DNA from: an uncultured Phycisphaerales bacterium
GTDB lineage: Bacteria > Planctomycetota > Phycisphaerae > Tepidisphaerales > Tepidisphaeraceae
Assembly (NCBI GenBank): GCA_963755915.1
Contig: CAVWLP010000002.1
Location: forward strand, 416,001-480,000
Length of the DNA stretch: 64,000 nucleotides
Direction: 5' to 3'
Shown: in pieces, positions 51,367 to 61,819 of the stretch
Layout: each line of letters starts with the position of its first letter
Numbering within the stretch: the first letter of the stretch is position 1
Program-made: the position numbers and the translations under genes
Notes under the pieces: model-generated
What the model was told of the DNA's origin: nothing
Databases searched by the model: none
What the model saw: only the letters and a program-made list of their open reading frames with translations

Positions 51367-52098
51367 TCAGTCCGCTTGAGTCGCGCGAATTGCCTCGGGG
51401 AGGTTCACCTTTCCTTCGTAGAGGCTGCGGCCGACGATTGCGCCCCAAATTGGGAGATTTTTGAGCTGGCGGATGTGGTCGATGGAGCCGACGCCGCCGC
51501 TGGCGATTACCGGCACCTTGCCGGCTTGGGCGATGGCTTTGGTCTGGGGGAAGTTGGGGCCTTCGAGCATGCCGTCTTTGGCGATGTCGGTGTAGAGGAT
51601 GGCGGCGAGGGGCCAATCGGAGACTTCGTTGGCGACTTCGATGGCGGTGCGAGAGGAGGCCTGGGTCCAGCCGCGGACGGCGATGATGCCGTCCTTGGCG
51701 TCCAACGCGAGGATTATTTTTTTTGCGTAGGCGGGGTTGTGGACGAGGGATTGGAACCAGGGCCAGTCTTCCATGGCGCGGGTGCCGACGACGACGCGCT
51801 GGACGCCGGCCTGGAGGAGGGTGTCGATGTCGGCCGTGGTGCGGATTCCGCCGCCGGATTCTACGGATAGTCCTGAGGTTTTCGCGAGTTGGGAGATGAG
51901 GTCGGTCTGGACGGGGCGGCCTTCCTTGGCGCCGTCGAGATCGACGACGTGCATCCACTTCGCGCCGGCCTTCGCGAAAGATTCGGCGGTTTGGAGGGGG
52001 TCGACGTCGTAGTTGAGTTGCTGGGCGTAGTCTCCCTGCTTGAGGCGGACGACGCGGCCGGAGCGGAGGTCGATGCTGGGGATGATGGTTAATGCCAT
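51367..52098 (-). CDS. hisA: ProFAR isomerase HisA
   Basis: IIPSIDLRSGRVVRLKQGDY, HVVDLDGA, GGGIRT, YTDIAKDGMLEGPN, IASGGVG. Confidence 0.95.
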   Translation of the reverse strand: MALTIIPSIDLRSGRVVRLKQGDYAQQLNYDVDPLQTAESFAKAGAKWMHVVDLDGAKEGRPVQTDLISQLAKTSGLSVESGGGIRTTADIDTLLQAGVQRVVVGTRAMEDWPWFQSLVHNPAYAKKIILALDAKDGIIAVRGWTQASSRTAIEVANEVSDWPLAAILYTDIAKDGMLEGPNFPQTKAIAQAGKVPVIASGGVGSIDHIRQLKNLPIWGAIVGRSLYEGKVNLPEAIRATQAD

Positions 52099-52142
52099 TG
52101 GCGGTGAATTCTAATTGCCGGCGGTTGGCATACAATTCGGGC

Positions 52143-53552
52143 GTGGACGAGCGAATTGAGAAGTTGGCGGAGAAGGCGAAGGGATTGCCCAAATCGCCGG
52201 GCGTTTACCTCATGAAGGATGACAAGGGGCGGGTGGTTTATATCGGGAAATCGGCGTCGCTGCGGGACCGGGTTTCGAGCTATTTTCAGGCGGGGACCAA
52301 GCTGGAGTTCAAGAAGTCGGGGCTGCTGGAATGTGTCGTCGATTTTGATGTGGTGGAGACGGATACAGAAGTCGAGGCGCTGCTGGCGGAGAACCGGTTG
52401 ATCAAGGATATCCAGCCGAAATTTAATGCGAGATTGCTGGATGATAAGACGTTTCCGTATCTCATGGTGACTACCGGGGAGGAATTTCCGGGGGTGTATG
52501 TGACGCGGCAGCCGCGAACCGAGGGGGTAAAGCTTTTTGGCCCGTTCACGAGCGTGCATTCACTGAAGGAAGCGGTGACGGTGCTTCAGAAGGCGTTTAA
52601 GTTTCGGACGTGTCATCTCGAGATTCTGGAGAGTGACGAGAATCGGCGATTTTTCAGGCCGTGTTTGCTCTATCCGATCAAGCAGTGCACGGCGCCGTGC
52701 GCGGCGAAGATAACGAAGGAGACGTATCGGGCGGATATAAGCCGGCTGCTGCGATTTCTGGAGGGGGAGAAGAAGAGCGTGCTGCGGACGATGGAGAAGG
52801 AGATGCTCCAGGCGAGCGAGGGGCAGAATTATGAGCTGGCGGCGCGGCTGCGGGATGAGATCAAGGCGCTGACGTCATTGGGAGACCGGGCGGCGAAAGG
52901 GGAGCAGGAATATTGGCAGCCGGAGGCGTTTGTTACGGATCCGAAGGAGGGGATGGAGAAATTGCAGGAAGTGCTGGGGCTGGCGGAGATGCCGCGGATT
53001 GTGGAGGGGATTGATATTGCGCACCTTCAGGGAGGGGAGACGGTGGGGAGCAAGGTGTGCTTCATCGACGGGACGCCGTTCAAGGAGTCGTATCGGCGGT
53101 ACAAGATCAAGCATGGGGAGGGGAATAACGATTACCTGAGCATTCAGGAAGTGGTGAGCCGGCGGTATCGGGAGGCGGGGTCGAATCATGAGCTTTTTCC
53201 GGATGTGATTTTGATCGACGGGGGTTTGGGGCAGCTTCATGCGGCGATGGACGTTTTCAAGACGATGGATGTAAAACCGCCGATGGTGATTTCGCTGGCG
53301 AAGAAGGAGGAGCTGGTTTTTACGCAGGCGCGGTCGGAGCCGGTGAGATTGGCGAGGAATAATGCGGCGCTGAAATTGCTTCAGTATATACGGGATGAGG
53401 CGCATTGGTTTGCGCAGCATTACCATCATATTCTGCGGCGTAAGGCGCAGTTGGAGGAAGATGTGAAGCAGGGGAGGAGGCCGCCGCGGGCGAAGGTTAG
53501 GAAAATACCAGAGGCCGAAAACCCAATGCCCAATGAAGGGGAGGGAAAGTGA
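52143..53552 (+). CDS. uvrC: Excinuclease ABC subunit C (short form, no C-terminal HhH)
   Basis: GIY-YIG PGVYLMK..YIGKS, Cys cluster, UVR YELAARLRD, RNaseH-like EGIDIAH, LIDGGLGQ, RDEAH. Confidence 0.9.
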   Translation: MDERIEKLAEKAKGLPKSPGVYLMKDDKGRVVYIGKSASLRDRVSSYFQAGTKLEFKKSGLLECVVDFDVVETDTEVEALLAENRLIKDIQPKFNARLLDDKTFPYLMVTTGEEFPGVYVTRQPRTEGVKLFGPFTSVHSLKEAVTVLQKAFKFRTCHLEILESDENRRFFRPCLLYPIKQCTAPCAAKITKETYRADISRLLRFLEGEKKSVLRTMEKEMLQASEGQNYELAARLRDEIKALTSLGDRAAKGEQEYWQPEAFVTDPKEGMEKLQEVLGLAEMPRIVEGIDIAHLQGGETVGSKVCFIDGTPFKESYRRYKIKHGEGNNDYLSIQEVVSRRYREAGSNHELFPDVILIDGGLGQLHAAMDVFKTMDVKPPMVISLAKKEELVFTQARSEPVRLARNNAALKLLQYIRDEAHWFAQHYHHILRRKAQLEEDVKQGRRPPRAKVRKIPEAENPMPNEGEGK

Positions 53553-53599
53553 TTTTTTGGTTACATTCGAGGGGGAATTGAATATCATTTTGTGTTGCA

Positions 53600-54141
53600 A
53601 TGGAATCGACACAGGGGAAACTTCTGCTGGCTTCGCCGCGATTGGCGGATCCGAATTTCTCGCACACCGTGGTGCTGATGGTGCAGCATAACGAGCAGGG
53701 GCGCTGGGGCTGATATTGAATCGTCCGCTGCAGGTTTCGGTGCGGCAGGCATGCGAGCAGAGTTTGGGGGAGGCTTGTGAAGTCGAGGGGATGCTGCACC
53801 AGGGGGGGCCGTGCGAGGGGCCGCTGATGGTGCTGCATGGGAATGAGATGTCGAAGGATGCGGATGTTTTTCCGGGGGTTTTCTTTACGACGGAGAAGTC
53901 GAAGATCGAGTCGCTGTTAAAGCAGAATATTTCTTCGGCGCGGTATTTCGTGGGATATTCGGGATGGACGGCTGGGCAGCTTGAGGCGGAGATGGAGCTG
54001 AATTCGTGGGTGATCGCCGATGCGCTGCCGGGGCATGTGTTTGAAGACCCGGCGAATTTGTGGGCCGTTTTGGTGCGTCAGCGGCTGCTGAGCCCGTGGA
54101 TGGATCCGTCGCAGATTCCGGATGATCCTTCTGTCAATTGA
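53600..54141 (+). CDS. YqgE/AlgH family protein, frameshift near 53702
   Basis: [26 protein letters not shown]..; [28 protein letters not shown]. Confidence 0.9.
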
Positions 54142-54147
54142 GATTCC

Positions 54148-55167
54148 ATGAGCGCGATCCAGGTTGGGATCATCGGGTTTGGGCGGATCGGGCTGGAGCA
54201 CGCGAAATGGATTGCGCAGTGCGAGGGGATTGCCGCGGCGGCGGTGGCGGACAGCACGGGGGCGCGGAGGGAGTTGGCGAAGGAGCGGGGACTTCGGGTT
54301 CATTCGTCGATTGAAGAGCTTCTGGGGGATAGCGCGATTGAGGCGGCGCTGATTTCCACGCCGACGGCGATGCATTTTGAGCAGGCCTCGGCGGCGCTGA
54401 AGGCTGGGAAGCATGTGATGATCGAGAAGCCGATGGCGGTCACGCTGCACGAAGCGCAGCGGCTGGTGGAGCTGGCGGAGGAAAATCGGCGGGTGCTGAC
54501 GGTGTTTCACAACCGGCGCTGGAGGGCGGATTCGTTGACGATCAAGTCGGCGATGGAATCGGGGATTTTCGGACGGATCATCAACATCGAGAGCCGGCTG
54601 GGGCAATGGGCGAGCTGCGTGGGGCCGGCGGCGGTTGAATATCATCCCAACTGGCGAAACGAAGCGAGCTTCGGCGGGGGCGCATTGTTTGACTGGGGAA
54701 GCCATTTCGTCGACCAGTTGCTGCACGTGATGCTGCCGGCGCGGCCGGTGCGGGTTTTTGCGCAGCTTCGGGGGAACGTGTGGTCGAAGGATTGCGACGA
54801 TTTCGCACGGGTGTGCATTGATTTTGACAGCGGGGCGGTGGGGCTGGTGGAAGTGAACACGACGACGACGGCGGGGCTGCCGCGCTGGCATATCGATGGC
54901 ACGCGAGGTTCGGCGCAGACGAATTGCGGGCGGACGTACGATCATCGGAAATGGGCGGAGCTGGATTTCACGCCGGCGGCGGAGGCGACATGGCGGTTGC
55001 CGGTGGTTGAAGGGGAGATATCGAACGTCGACCATTGGACGCGATTTGCGCGGGCGATTGGGGGGGATGGGGAGCCGGCGATTGCGGCGGAATCGGTGCT
55101 GCCGACGATGGCGGTGCTGGATGCGGCGAGAAAAAGCAGCGAATTGGGAATGGCGGTGGGTGTTTAG
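54148..55167 (+). CDS. Gfo/Idh/MocA family oxidoreductase
   Basis: GIIGFGRIG, GKHVMIEKP, HNRRW, GGGALFDWGSH. Confidence 0.92.
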   Translation: MSAIQVGIIGFGRIGLEHAKWIAQCEGIAAAAVADSTGARRELAKERGLRVHSSIEELLGDSAIEAALISTPTAMHFEQASAALKAGKHVMIEKPMAVTLHEAQRLVELAEENRRVLTVFHNRRWRADSLTIKSAMESGIFGRIINIESRLGQWASCVGPAAVEYHPNWRNEASFGGGALFDWGSHFVDQLLHVMLPARPVRVFAQLRGNVWSKDCDDFARVCIDFDSGAVGLVEVNTTTTAGLPRWHIDGTRGSAQTNCGRTYDHRKWAELDFTPAAEATWRLPVVEGEISNVDHWTRFARAIGGDGEPAIAAESVLPTMAVLDAARKSSELGMAVGV

Positions 55168-55190
55168 CGGTTAAATCTGGATGGGAAAAG

Positions 55191-55916
55191 ATGTTTTTAT
55201 TGAGCAATCAGCGCGAGATGACGCCGGAGATTATGGACCGGGCGGATGTGGAGGAGTCGGCGCATCTGAGCGCGCTGGAGGGGCTTCGGCGCATTAACGT
55301 CGCGTCGAAGGCGGCGACGCAGATTGCCGAGCCGATTGTGGCGGGGGCGAGAAGGGATGGGGTGAGCCGGATTTCGATGCTGGATGTTGCGTGCGGGGGC
55401 GGGGATGTTCCGGTGGGGGTGGCGCAGATTGCCAGATTGGCCGGTGTTGAGGTCGAGCTGATCTTGCTGGATCGGAGCGCGACGGCGCTGGCAACGGCGT
55501 CGGAAACGGCGCGCGGTGCGGGGATCGAGCATCGGTGTGTGCAGGCGGATTTGGCGGCCGGGTGGCCGGCGATCGAGGCGGATTTGGTGACGTGCAGCTT
55601 GTTTCTGCATCATCTTCCATCGGGGGCAGATGTGGTGGAATTTTTGAGGAAGGCACGGCAGATTGCGCGGCGGCGAATTGTGATCAGCGATCTGCGAAGA
55701 AGCCGGCTTGGCTATCTGGTCGCCTGGGTCGGGGGACGAATACTGAGCAGCAGCAGCATCGTCCATCACGACGGGCCGGTGAGCGTGCGGGCGGCGTGGA
55801 CGATGAGGGAGATGCGGCAGTTCGCTGCGGAGGCGAAATTGGTGAATTGTGAAATCCGAAGTTCGTACCCGTGGCGTATGCTCCTGGTATGGGAAGCGGG
55901 AGCGCGAAAATCGTGA
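55191..55916 (+). CDS. SAM-dependent methyltransferase (type III PKS-associated family)
   Basis: PEIMD, LRRIN, LDVACGGGD, CSLFLHH, ISDLRR, HDGPVSVRAA. Confidence 0.88.
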   Translation: MFLLSNQREMTPEIMDRADVEESAHLSALEGLRRINVASKAATQIAEPIVAGARRDGVSRISMLDVACGGGDVPVGVAQIARLAGVEVELILLDRSATALATASETARGAGIEHRCVQADLAAGWPAIEADLVTCSLFLHHLPSGADVVEFLRKARQIARRRIVISDLRRSRLGYLVAWVGGRILSSSSIVHHDGPVSVRAAWTMREMRQFAAEAKLVNCEIRSSYPWRMLLVWEAGARKS

Positions 55917-57062
55917 ACCTTGAGCCGGCGACATGGGATGCGGTGGTGATCGGGGCGGGCGTTGCCGGGGGGGTGGCGGCTGCGATTTTGGCGCGCCGTG
56001 GGTCGCGGGTTTTGCTGGTGGAGAAATCGAACTGGCCGCGGGAGAAAGTTTGTGGGGGGTGCCTGACGGCGAATGCGGCCAGCGTGCTGAGAGATGTGGG
56101 GATTCCGCTGCCGGACGATCTTACGCGGGGGATTCAGAAGGTTTTCTGGCATGCGGGGGGAAGCACGCTGTCGATGCCGATTCCGGGGGAGATTGGGGTG
56201 CTGCGTCGGACCTGGATGCGGCGATTGTTTCGGAGGCGGTGCGGCGCGGATGCGAATTTGTTTCGGGCGCGACAGCGGGGGTTTTGCCGGCGTCGCGCGA
56301 GGATGGATTTCGGGAGATCAATCTTCAGACGGGAAAAGTGTCGAGAATCATTCGGGCTCGTGCGGTGCTTGCATGCGATGGGATTGGGGGGACATCTCTG
56401 GGGAGGATCGGGTGGGCGAAATGGGAGATAGCGCGAAATTCGCGGATCGGAGTCGCGGGGACCTGTGACGGGGCGGACTGGGCGATCGAGACCGGGGAGA
56501 TTCACATGCATGTGGGGAAGGCGGGATATGTGGGGTTGGTTAGATTCAATGACAAATGCGTGCATCTGGCGGCGGCGCTGGATCCGGCGGCGTGCCGCGC
56601 GCGGGAGGGCCGGGGGAAATTATTCGACGGATTTTGAGCGATGAGCGGCGCGAGATCGATCCGCATTGGCAATTCCCACGGCTTCGTGGTACAGGCGCGT
56701 TGACGCGAAGGCGAAGACGACTGGGCGGGCATCGGGTGCTGGTTGCGGGGGATGCGTGCGGATATGTGGAGCCGTTCACGGGAGAGGGGATGGCGTGGGC
56801 GGCGATGGGGGCGCGGGAGGCGGTGAGTCTTCTGCCGGAGCCGGGGGCGCCGTGGCCGAGGGATTTGGCGAAGCGATGGAAGCATCGGCACGATGAGCTG
56901 ATTGCGCGAAAGCAGGTCTGGTGCCGGGGGATGCGGCCGATGATGCGGTATCCGGAATTGGGGCCGCTGGTGATCGGGGCGGTGAACGCGATGCCGGCGG
57001 TAGGACGTTGGCTGGCGATGCGGATTTCGCAGCCGCGCGTTGGCGAGACGGTTTCAAGTTAG
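55913..57062 (+). CDS. FAD-dependent oxidoreductase (geranylgeranyl-reductase-like), two frameshifts
   Basis: DAVVIGAGVAG, PREKVCGGCL, ACDG, GYVGL, AGDACGYVEPFTGEGM. Confidence 0.88.
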
Positions 57063-57072
57063 GAGAAGTGTG

Positions 57073-58215
57073 ATGACGCAACTGGCGGCAGACGTTTCGC
57101 GAAAAGCGCGGCAGAAGGTGTGCGTGAAGATCGTGGGGATCGGGACGGCGACGCCGCCGGCGGCGCCGCAGGAAGAGGCGCTGCGATTTGCGATGACGCT
57201 GAGCGGGCTGGCGGAGGATCAGCATGCGTGGCTGAAGCGTATTTACCGGCAGAGCGGGATTGAATCGCGCGGGAGCGTGCTGCTGCGGGAGGGGGAGGAT
57301 CATTACAAATCAGCGCGGGAGTTTTTTCCGGCGTCGAAGGGTCCGGGGGATCGTGGGCCGGGGACGGCGGCGCGAATGGCGGTGTATGCGCGGGAGGCGC
57401 CGAAGCTGGCTTGCCGGTCGGCGGGGGCGGCGCTGGAGAATTCCAAAATTCGCGCGGCGGAAATTACGCATCTGATTACGGCGTCCTGCACGGGGTTTTA
57501 TGCGCCGGGGCTGGATCGGGCGCTGATCGAGGGGTTGGGATTGGATCGCGGGGTCCGGCGGGTACACGTGGGGTTTATGGGATGCCACGCGGCGTTCAAC
57601 GCGCTGTCGGCGGCGCACGACATTGCGGCCGCGCATGCGGAGGCGCGGGTGCTGGTTTGCTGCGTGGAGCTTTGCAGCCTTCAGTGGGCGTATGGGGCCG
57701 ATCCGGGGAAGCTGGTGGCCAATGCGCTCTTCGCGGATGGGTCGGCATCGGCAGTGGTCGCCGCCGGCGGGCACGGCGGGGGCGACGGCGGAGGCTGGGA
57801 GATTGAAGATTTTTCGAGCTACCTGATTCCGGAATCGACGGATGCGATGACTTGGAATTTGGGGGATCATGGGTTTGAGATGACGCTTTCGCCGGGGGTG
57901 CCGGAGATTATTCGAAAAAACATGGGCGGCTGGTGCGATTCGTGGCTGATCGGACATAATCTGACAAAATCTGACATTTCCGCGTGGGCGATTCATCCCG
58001 GGGGGCCGAAGATTCTGGAGGCGGCGCGCGAGGGGCTGGAGCTGGGGGCGGAGGACATGCGATTTTCGTGGGGCGTTCTGTCGCGGCATGGGAATATGTC
58101 GTCAGCGACAGTTTTGTTTATTCTTCAACAGATGTCGCGGGAGATAACGGGGAGGGTTGTGGCGATTGGGCTGGGGCCGGGATTGATAGCTGAAGGTATG
58201 AGGCTTAGTAGATAA
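57073..58215 (+). CDS. Type III polyketide synthase
   Basis: Catalytic triad MGCHAA (Cys), IHPGG (His), GNMSS (Asn); SCTG, VELCS, LFADG, GPG. Confidence 0.95.
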   Translation: MTQLAADVSRKARQKVCVKIVGIGTATPPAAPQEEALRFAMTLSGLAEDQHAWLKRIYRQSGIESRGSVLLREGEDHYKSAREFFPASKGPGDRGPGTAARMAVYAREAPKLACRSAGAALENSKIRAAEITHLITASCTGFYAPGLDRALIEGLGLDRGVRRVHVGFMGCHAAFNALSAAHDIAAAHAEARVLVCCVELCSLQWAYGADPGKLVANALFADGSASAVVAAGGHGGGDGGGWEIEDFSSYLIPESTDAMTWNLGDHGFEMTLSPGVPEIIRKNMGGWCDSWLIGHNLTKSDISAWAIHPGGPKILEAAREGLELGAEDMRFSWGVLSRHGNMSSATVLFILQQMSREITGRVVAIGLGPGLIAEGMRLSR

Positions 58216-58807
58216 GAATGGAAACGTCGCGAATGCGAACGAAACAAATTACGGGTGGCGCCAAATCCGATCCCTGCGAGGCTGCCGGCGAGAGAATTAT
58301 TGAAATCACGGCAGAATCCGGGGATTAATAAAACGTCGACGAATGCCCAAACCGCTGCAACCATTAAGGTGATTAGTCCAATGCCGAAAAATATCAGCGG
58401 AACGGAAACCAATGCCATAACCAGCATGGCGACGGCCGATCCGGTTCGACCCAGATGGAAGCGATGCGCCCGAAAATTCCCAAGAACCACCACAAAAGGT
58501 AGGCAACAAGAATCGATTTTTTGTTCGCTTCATACCTCATAAGTGCGTGCGCATCGGAAGATGGCGACGGTATAGCGACAAAATGTGCAACTGGTACAGG
58601 CTGCGCATAATTGAGTGGCACGTCGCCACCTGATGACCCGAAAACGTCGGTTGCGGTGCCCGCCGGTGTCCACGATTGCATTCCTTGGCGCCACACCAGA
58701 TCTGTCGGCTGAAGTTGATTACAAGCGGCCATTTGCCGCAGTGTTTCCAATGCAACAGGGCCGACTTGTTGCCCGTTATGGGCGTAATACTAATCACTGG
58801 CAGCCAT
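58125..58807 (-). pseudogene. GYF_2 (DUF4339) + TM2 domain membrane protein with in-frame TAG and a frameshift
   Basis: MAASD*YYAHNGQQVGPV..LVWRQGMQSW; KKSILVAYLLWWFLG then shifted AHRFHLGRTGSAVAM; 3' end overlaps the PKS. Confidence 0.7.
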
Positions 58808-59042
58808 TGAATGTTCCAGACGGGCCAATGCCCAGCCAAGATGCCTTGAACTGTCAGCGGGACTTATTCTATGGTATTTACGGATCTATCCGTATGCCAA
58901 TTTATTGATACAGAGTGACAGGTGCGTATGTACCGAGTTGTCGGCTTGCGCTCGATGAGACGATTCGTGCTCTGGTCATCGAAGGTAGGAAATAACAGAC
59001 TTTGTGGTGGGGACTCACGATGCCCAAGGCGAAATGCGGAAT

Positions 59043-59657
59043 TCAAAGTTTAGTTTGCTCCGGCGGATCACCCTCTATGGGTTGCAAGCCGAATAGATTG
59101 CGGTCGACGTATAATGTTATCCACTTCTGGTCGTAGGGCCACCGCGCAAGCGCGCCCTCCATTTGTAGATGGAGCATTGTGCTGGACAATTCGGTGAATC
59201 CTACTTCAAGTGATGCTCGGCCGGGCTTCATTCGAAATCTGATCGGCTTACCATCAGGAAGATACTGGCCAAGCTCTATGTCCATGGACCACTCTATGTG
59301 ACCATCGTTATCGCCTGAGCCGCCAAGAAATTTGGCTTGAAAGCCGTTCGGTAAGTCTGCCAAGCGAGCGTTATTCTCTTCGAATTCCTTGTCCTTTGCT
59401 GGACCTACGCCCACCTGCACTTTTGTTGCGACAATCTCACCAATGCAAAGCCTAGAATGAACCTGAGAAAATCCCCAGGCATCGTAAAAGTCGTAGAAAC
59501 CCCACGGTTTTTGCATGAGCGTATCAAGATATTCGCGATCATATTCACCGTCATTCATTCGCCGACAGTATTGGGCAACGGTAGCGGCAAGTGCGGGCTC
59601 GCGTGACATGCTTTCGGTTGCAGTTCGGATCAAACCTGTTTGATGGGAGCTGCGCAT
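59043..59657 (-). CDS. Hypothetical protein in an AT-richer tract
   Basis: 204-aa ORF with protein-like composition; no recognised motif. Confidence 0.5.
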   Translation of the reverse strand: MRSSHQTGLIRTATESMSREPALAATVAQYCRRMNDGEYDREYLDTLMQKPWGFYDFYDAWGFSQVHSRLCIGEIVATKVQVGVGPAKDKEFEENNARLADLPNGFQAKFLGGSGDNDGHIEWSMDIELGQYLPDGKPIRFRMKPGRASLEVGFTELSSTMLHLQMEGALARWPYDQKWITLYVDRNLFGLQPIEGDPPEQTKL

Positions 59658-59714
59658 AGCCTAATTATCGGGAACATTTCGCGCAAGTACATAGCCCGAA
59701 TCAAGCGATCCGTT

Positions 59715-59960
59715 TCACTTGCGCTTTTTCCGCGATGTGCGGGAATAGATGGTTCGGCGTGCTTTCGCGATGGCGTCATCGAGCTGGCTCTCCGTGACGC
59801 CGCTCTGAGCGAAAGCGTCACGCACGGGCGCGAGCAGTTCGTCGAATGTCATCGTGGCTGAGTCGATCAGCAACTCGACGAAATCTTGGGGAGTCGTTCC
59901 TAGCTCGCGCGCCTTGCGGGCAGCGGCCTTGGAGCGTCGTTTGTCGAGGTTTACGGTCAT
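59715..59960 (-). CDS. Small antitoxin-like / ribbon-helix-helix-like protein
   Basis: MTVNLDKR..ARELGTTPQDFVELLI; FDELLAPVRDAFAQSGVTESQLD. Confidence 0.55.
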   Translation of the reverse strand: MTVNLDKRRSKAAARKARELGTTPQDFVELLIDSATMTFDELLAPVRDAFAQSGVTESQLDDAIAKARRTIYSRTSRKKRK

Positions 59961-60007
59961 ATCAAATCTATTAAGTCCCAAGCGCCGGCTAATGTGAGTC
60001 TTTGCTG

Positions 60008-60238
60008 CTATTTAAGCAGGACTCCCTTGAGATATGCGCGGCCCTTCGGTGTCAGGCAGACTAATTTGCAGCTATCCGCATCGACGATCTCAATCAGCTT
60101 CTGGTCATTTGCCTCCTCCCATACGGGCAAACGCGGGCAGGATGTTCGCCAGGCGGACATCGTTTCGTCGTAGGTGCGGGGGCGCTGGGAGATCCAATCG
60201 AGCAGATTGGCGATCAGGTTGTCGACGGAATCGGGCAT
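60008..60238 (-). CDS. Small conserved hypothetical protein (winged-helix-like)
   Basis: LLDWISQRPRTYDETMSAWRTSCPRLPVWEEA...LTPKGRAYL. Confidence 0.7.
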   Translation of the reverse strand: MPDSVDNLIANLLDWISQRPRTYDETMSAWRTSCPRLPVWEEANDQKLIEIVDADSCKLVCLTPKGRAYLKGVLLK

Positions 60239-60335
60239 GGCGGACCTTTGAGATGATATTCGAGTTTGCATCGAACACCACACGATCACCTTTGAGTGGC
60301 GACGCCAGACGCATTTAACTCGTAACAATATTCAA

Positions 60336-60377
60336 GGCCCTCACCCCTGCCCTCTCCCGGAGTACCGGGAGAGGGGG
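60336..60377. repeat. REP-like hairpin, copy A
   Basis: ggccctcacccctg-ccctctcccgg-agta-ccgggagaggg. Confidence 0.85.
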
Positions 60378-60404
60378 AAAAGACTGGCTATCGCGCAGGC
60401 AATT

Positions 60405-61597
60405 TTATCCCAGCTTCATCAGAAATTCCCCGATCCGGTCCAGCCCTTTGTCAATCTGCTCCATACTGGTGGCGAAGCTGAGGCGGACGTGGGTTTCGAA
60501 GCCGCTGTCGTTCCCGGGGACGACGGCGACGTGACTTTGCTCGAGCAGCGCGGAGGCGAAAGAAATGGCATCTGTAATTCCGGATTTTCCGAAATAGGCG
60601 CTGACGTTGGGGAAGATGTAGAACGCGCCCTGGGGTTTGACGCAGGTGATTTTTGGGAGGGCCGTGATGCGCTGGTGGATGTGGTGGGCGCGTTTTTCGA
60701 ACTGGCGGCGCATCTGCTCGACGCTTTCGGGGCCGCGCGGTCGCTCAGCGCCAGAGCGGCGGGGATTTGGGTGAAGCTGGTGATGTGGCTGGTCATCTGG
60801 CTCTGGAGTTTGTTGATGGCGTCGATGACGGGCTTGGGACCGCCGATGTACCCGATGCGCCAGCCGGTCATGGCGAAGGTTTTGGAGTGGCAGTTGAAGG
60901 TCAGCGTGCGCTCCAGCAAATCGGGGTGGAGTGTGGCGAAGCTGACGGATTTGAGGCCGTCGTAGACGAGCTTTTCGTAGATCTCGTCGGAGAAGACGAC
61001 GAGATTGGGATTTTTGGCGGCGACGTCGGCGAGGGCTTTGAGCTCGGCGGGGGTGTAGGCGTGGCCGCCCGGGTTGCTGGGGCTGTTGATGATCAGCACC
61101 CGCGTTTTGGGGGTGATGGCGGACTGGAGCTGTGCCGGGGTGATTTTGAAGCCGGCGGATTCTTCGCCGCGGATGTATTTGGGGACGCCGCCGGCGAGCT
61201 TGACCTGCTCGGGGTAGCTGACCCAGTAGGGAGCGGGGATGAGGACTTCGTCGCCGGGGTTGAGGACGGCCATGAAGGCCATAAAGAGGCAATGCTTGCC
61301 GCCCGCGCCAGTAGTGATCTGGTCGGGTTTGTAGGGAAGGCCGTTTTCAGTGTTGAATTTTTTTGCGATGGCTTCGCGCAGCTCGGGGAGACAGGGGGTT
61401 GGGGTGTACTTGGTCTGGCCCTTGTCGAGAGCAGCCTTGGCAGCGTCTTTAATGAAGGAGGGAGTGTCGAAATCAGGTTCGCCGGCGCCGAAGCCGACGA
61501 CGTCGATGCCGGCCTTTTTCATGGCGGCGGCCTTGGCGCTGACGGCGAGGGTGATGGATTCGGAAACGAGCTTGATTCTGTCGGCTAAGGGAAACAT
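60405..61597 (-). CDS. PLP-dependent class I/II aminotransferase (aspartate aminotransferase-like), frameshift near 60735
   Basis: GAGEPDFDTP, PYWVSY, NSPSNP, SDEIY, SKTFAMTGWRIGY, GAFY, RLSFA. Confidence 0.93.
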
Positions 61598-61677
61598 GAG
61601 GCGCTCCAAACTTATTGGGCAGGGAACGGTATAGCGCGGGGTGGGGGTTTTCAAGCGATTCCGGGATTTCTGGTCCC

Positions 61678-61775
61678 GCGAAACCAGAAATCCGAAACCA
61701 GAATGACGAATAAATGCATCACATTCTGATTTCTGGTTTGATTCGTCATTCTAGTTTCGGGATTCTGATTTCCGC
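61678..61775. repeat. Imperfect palindrome built from heptamer units; related to 40953..41163
   Basis: gaaaccagaaatccgaaaccagaatgacgaat ... attcgtcattctagtttcgggattctgatttc; shares gtttgattcgtcattc with the right arm of the 41-kb element. Confidence 0.75.
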
Positions 61776-61819
61776 CGCTGGTCGCACTTTTACCCCATAG
61801 CGTTTATTATGCGGCGGCC

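Noticed and set aside
52143..53552. UvrC lacking C-terminal HhH domain as a novelty
   Set aside because: Short UvrC forms are, to my knowledge, common in planctomycetes; the catalytic domains look intact
59117..59125. DnaA-box-like TTATCCACT
   Set aside because: Single mismatched copy inside an ORF, with no cluster and no dnaA nearby
2153..61597. Widespread frameshifts as mass pseudogenisation or programmed frameshifting
   Set aside because: They hit core genes (sucA, tatC, cobA-hemD, aminotransferase), often in GC runs, with both halves well conserved and no shared slippery motif; typical of unpolished long-read assembly
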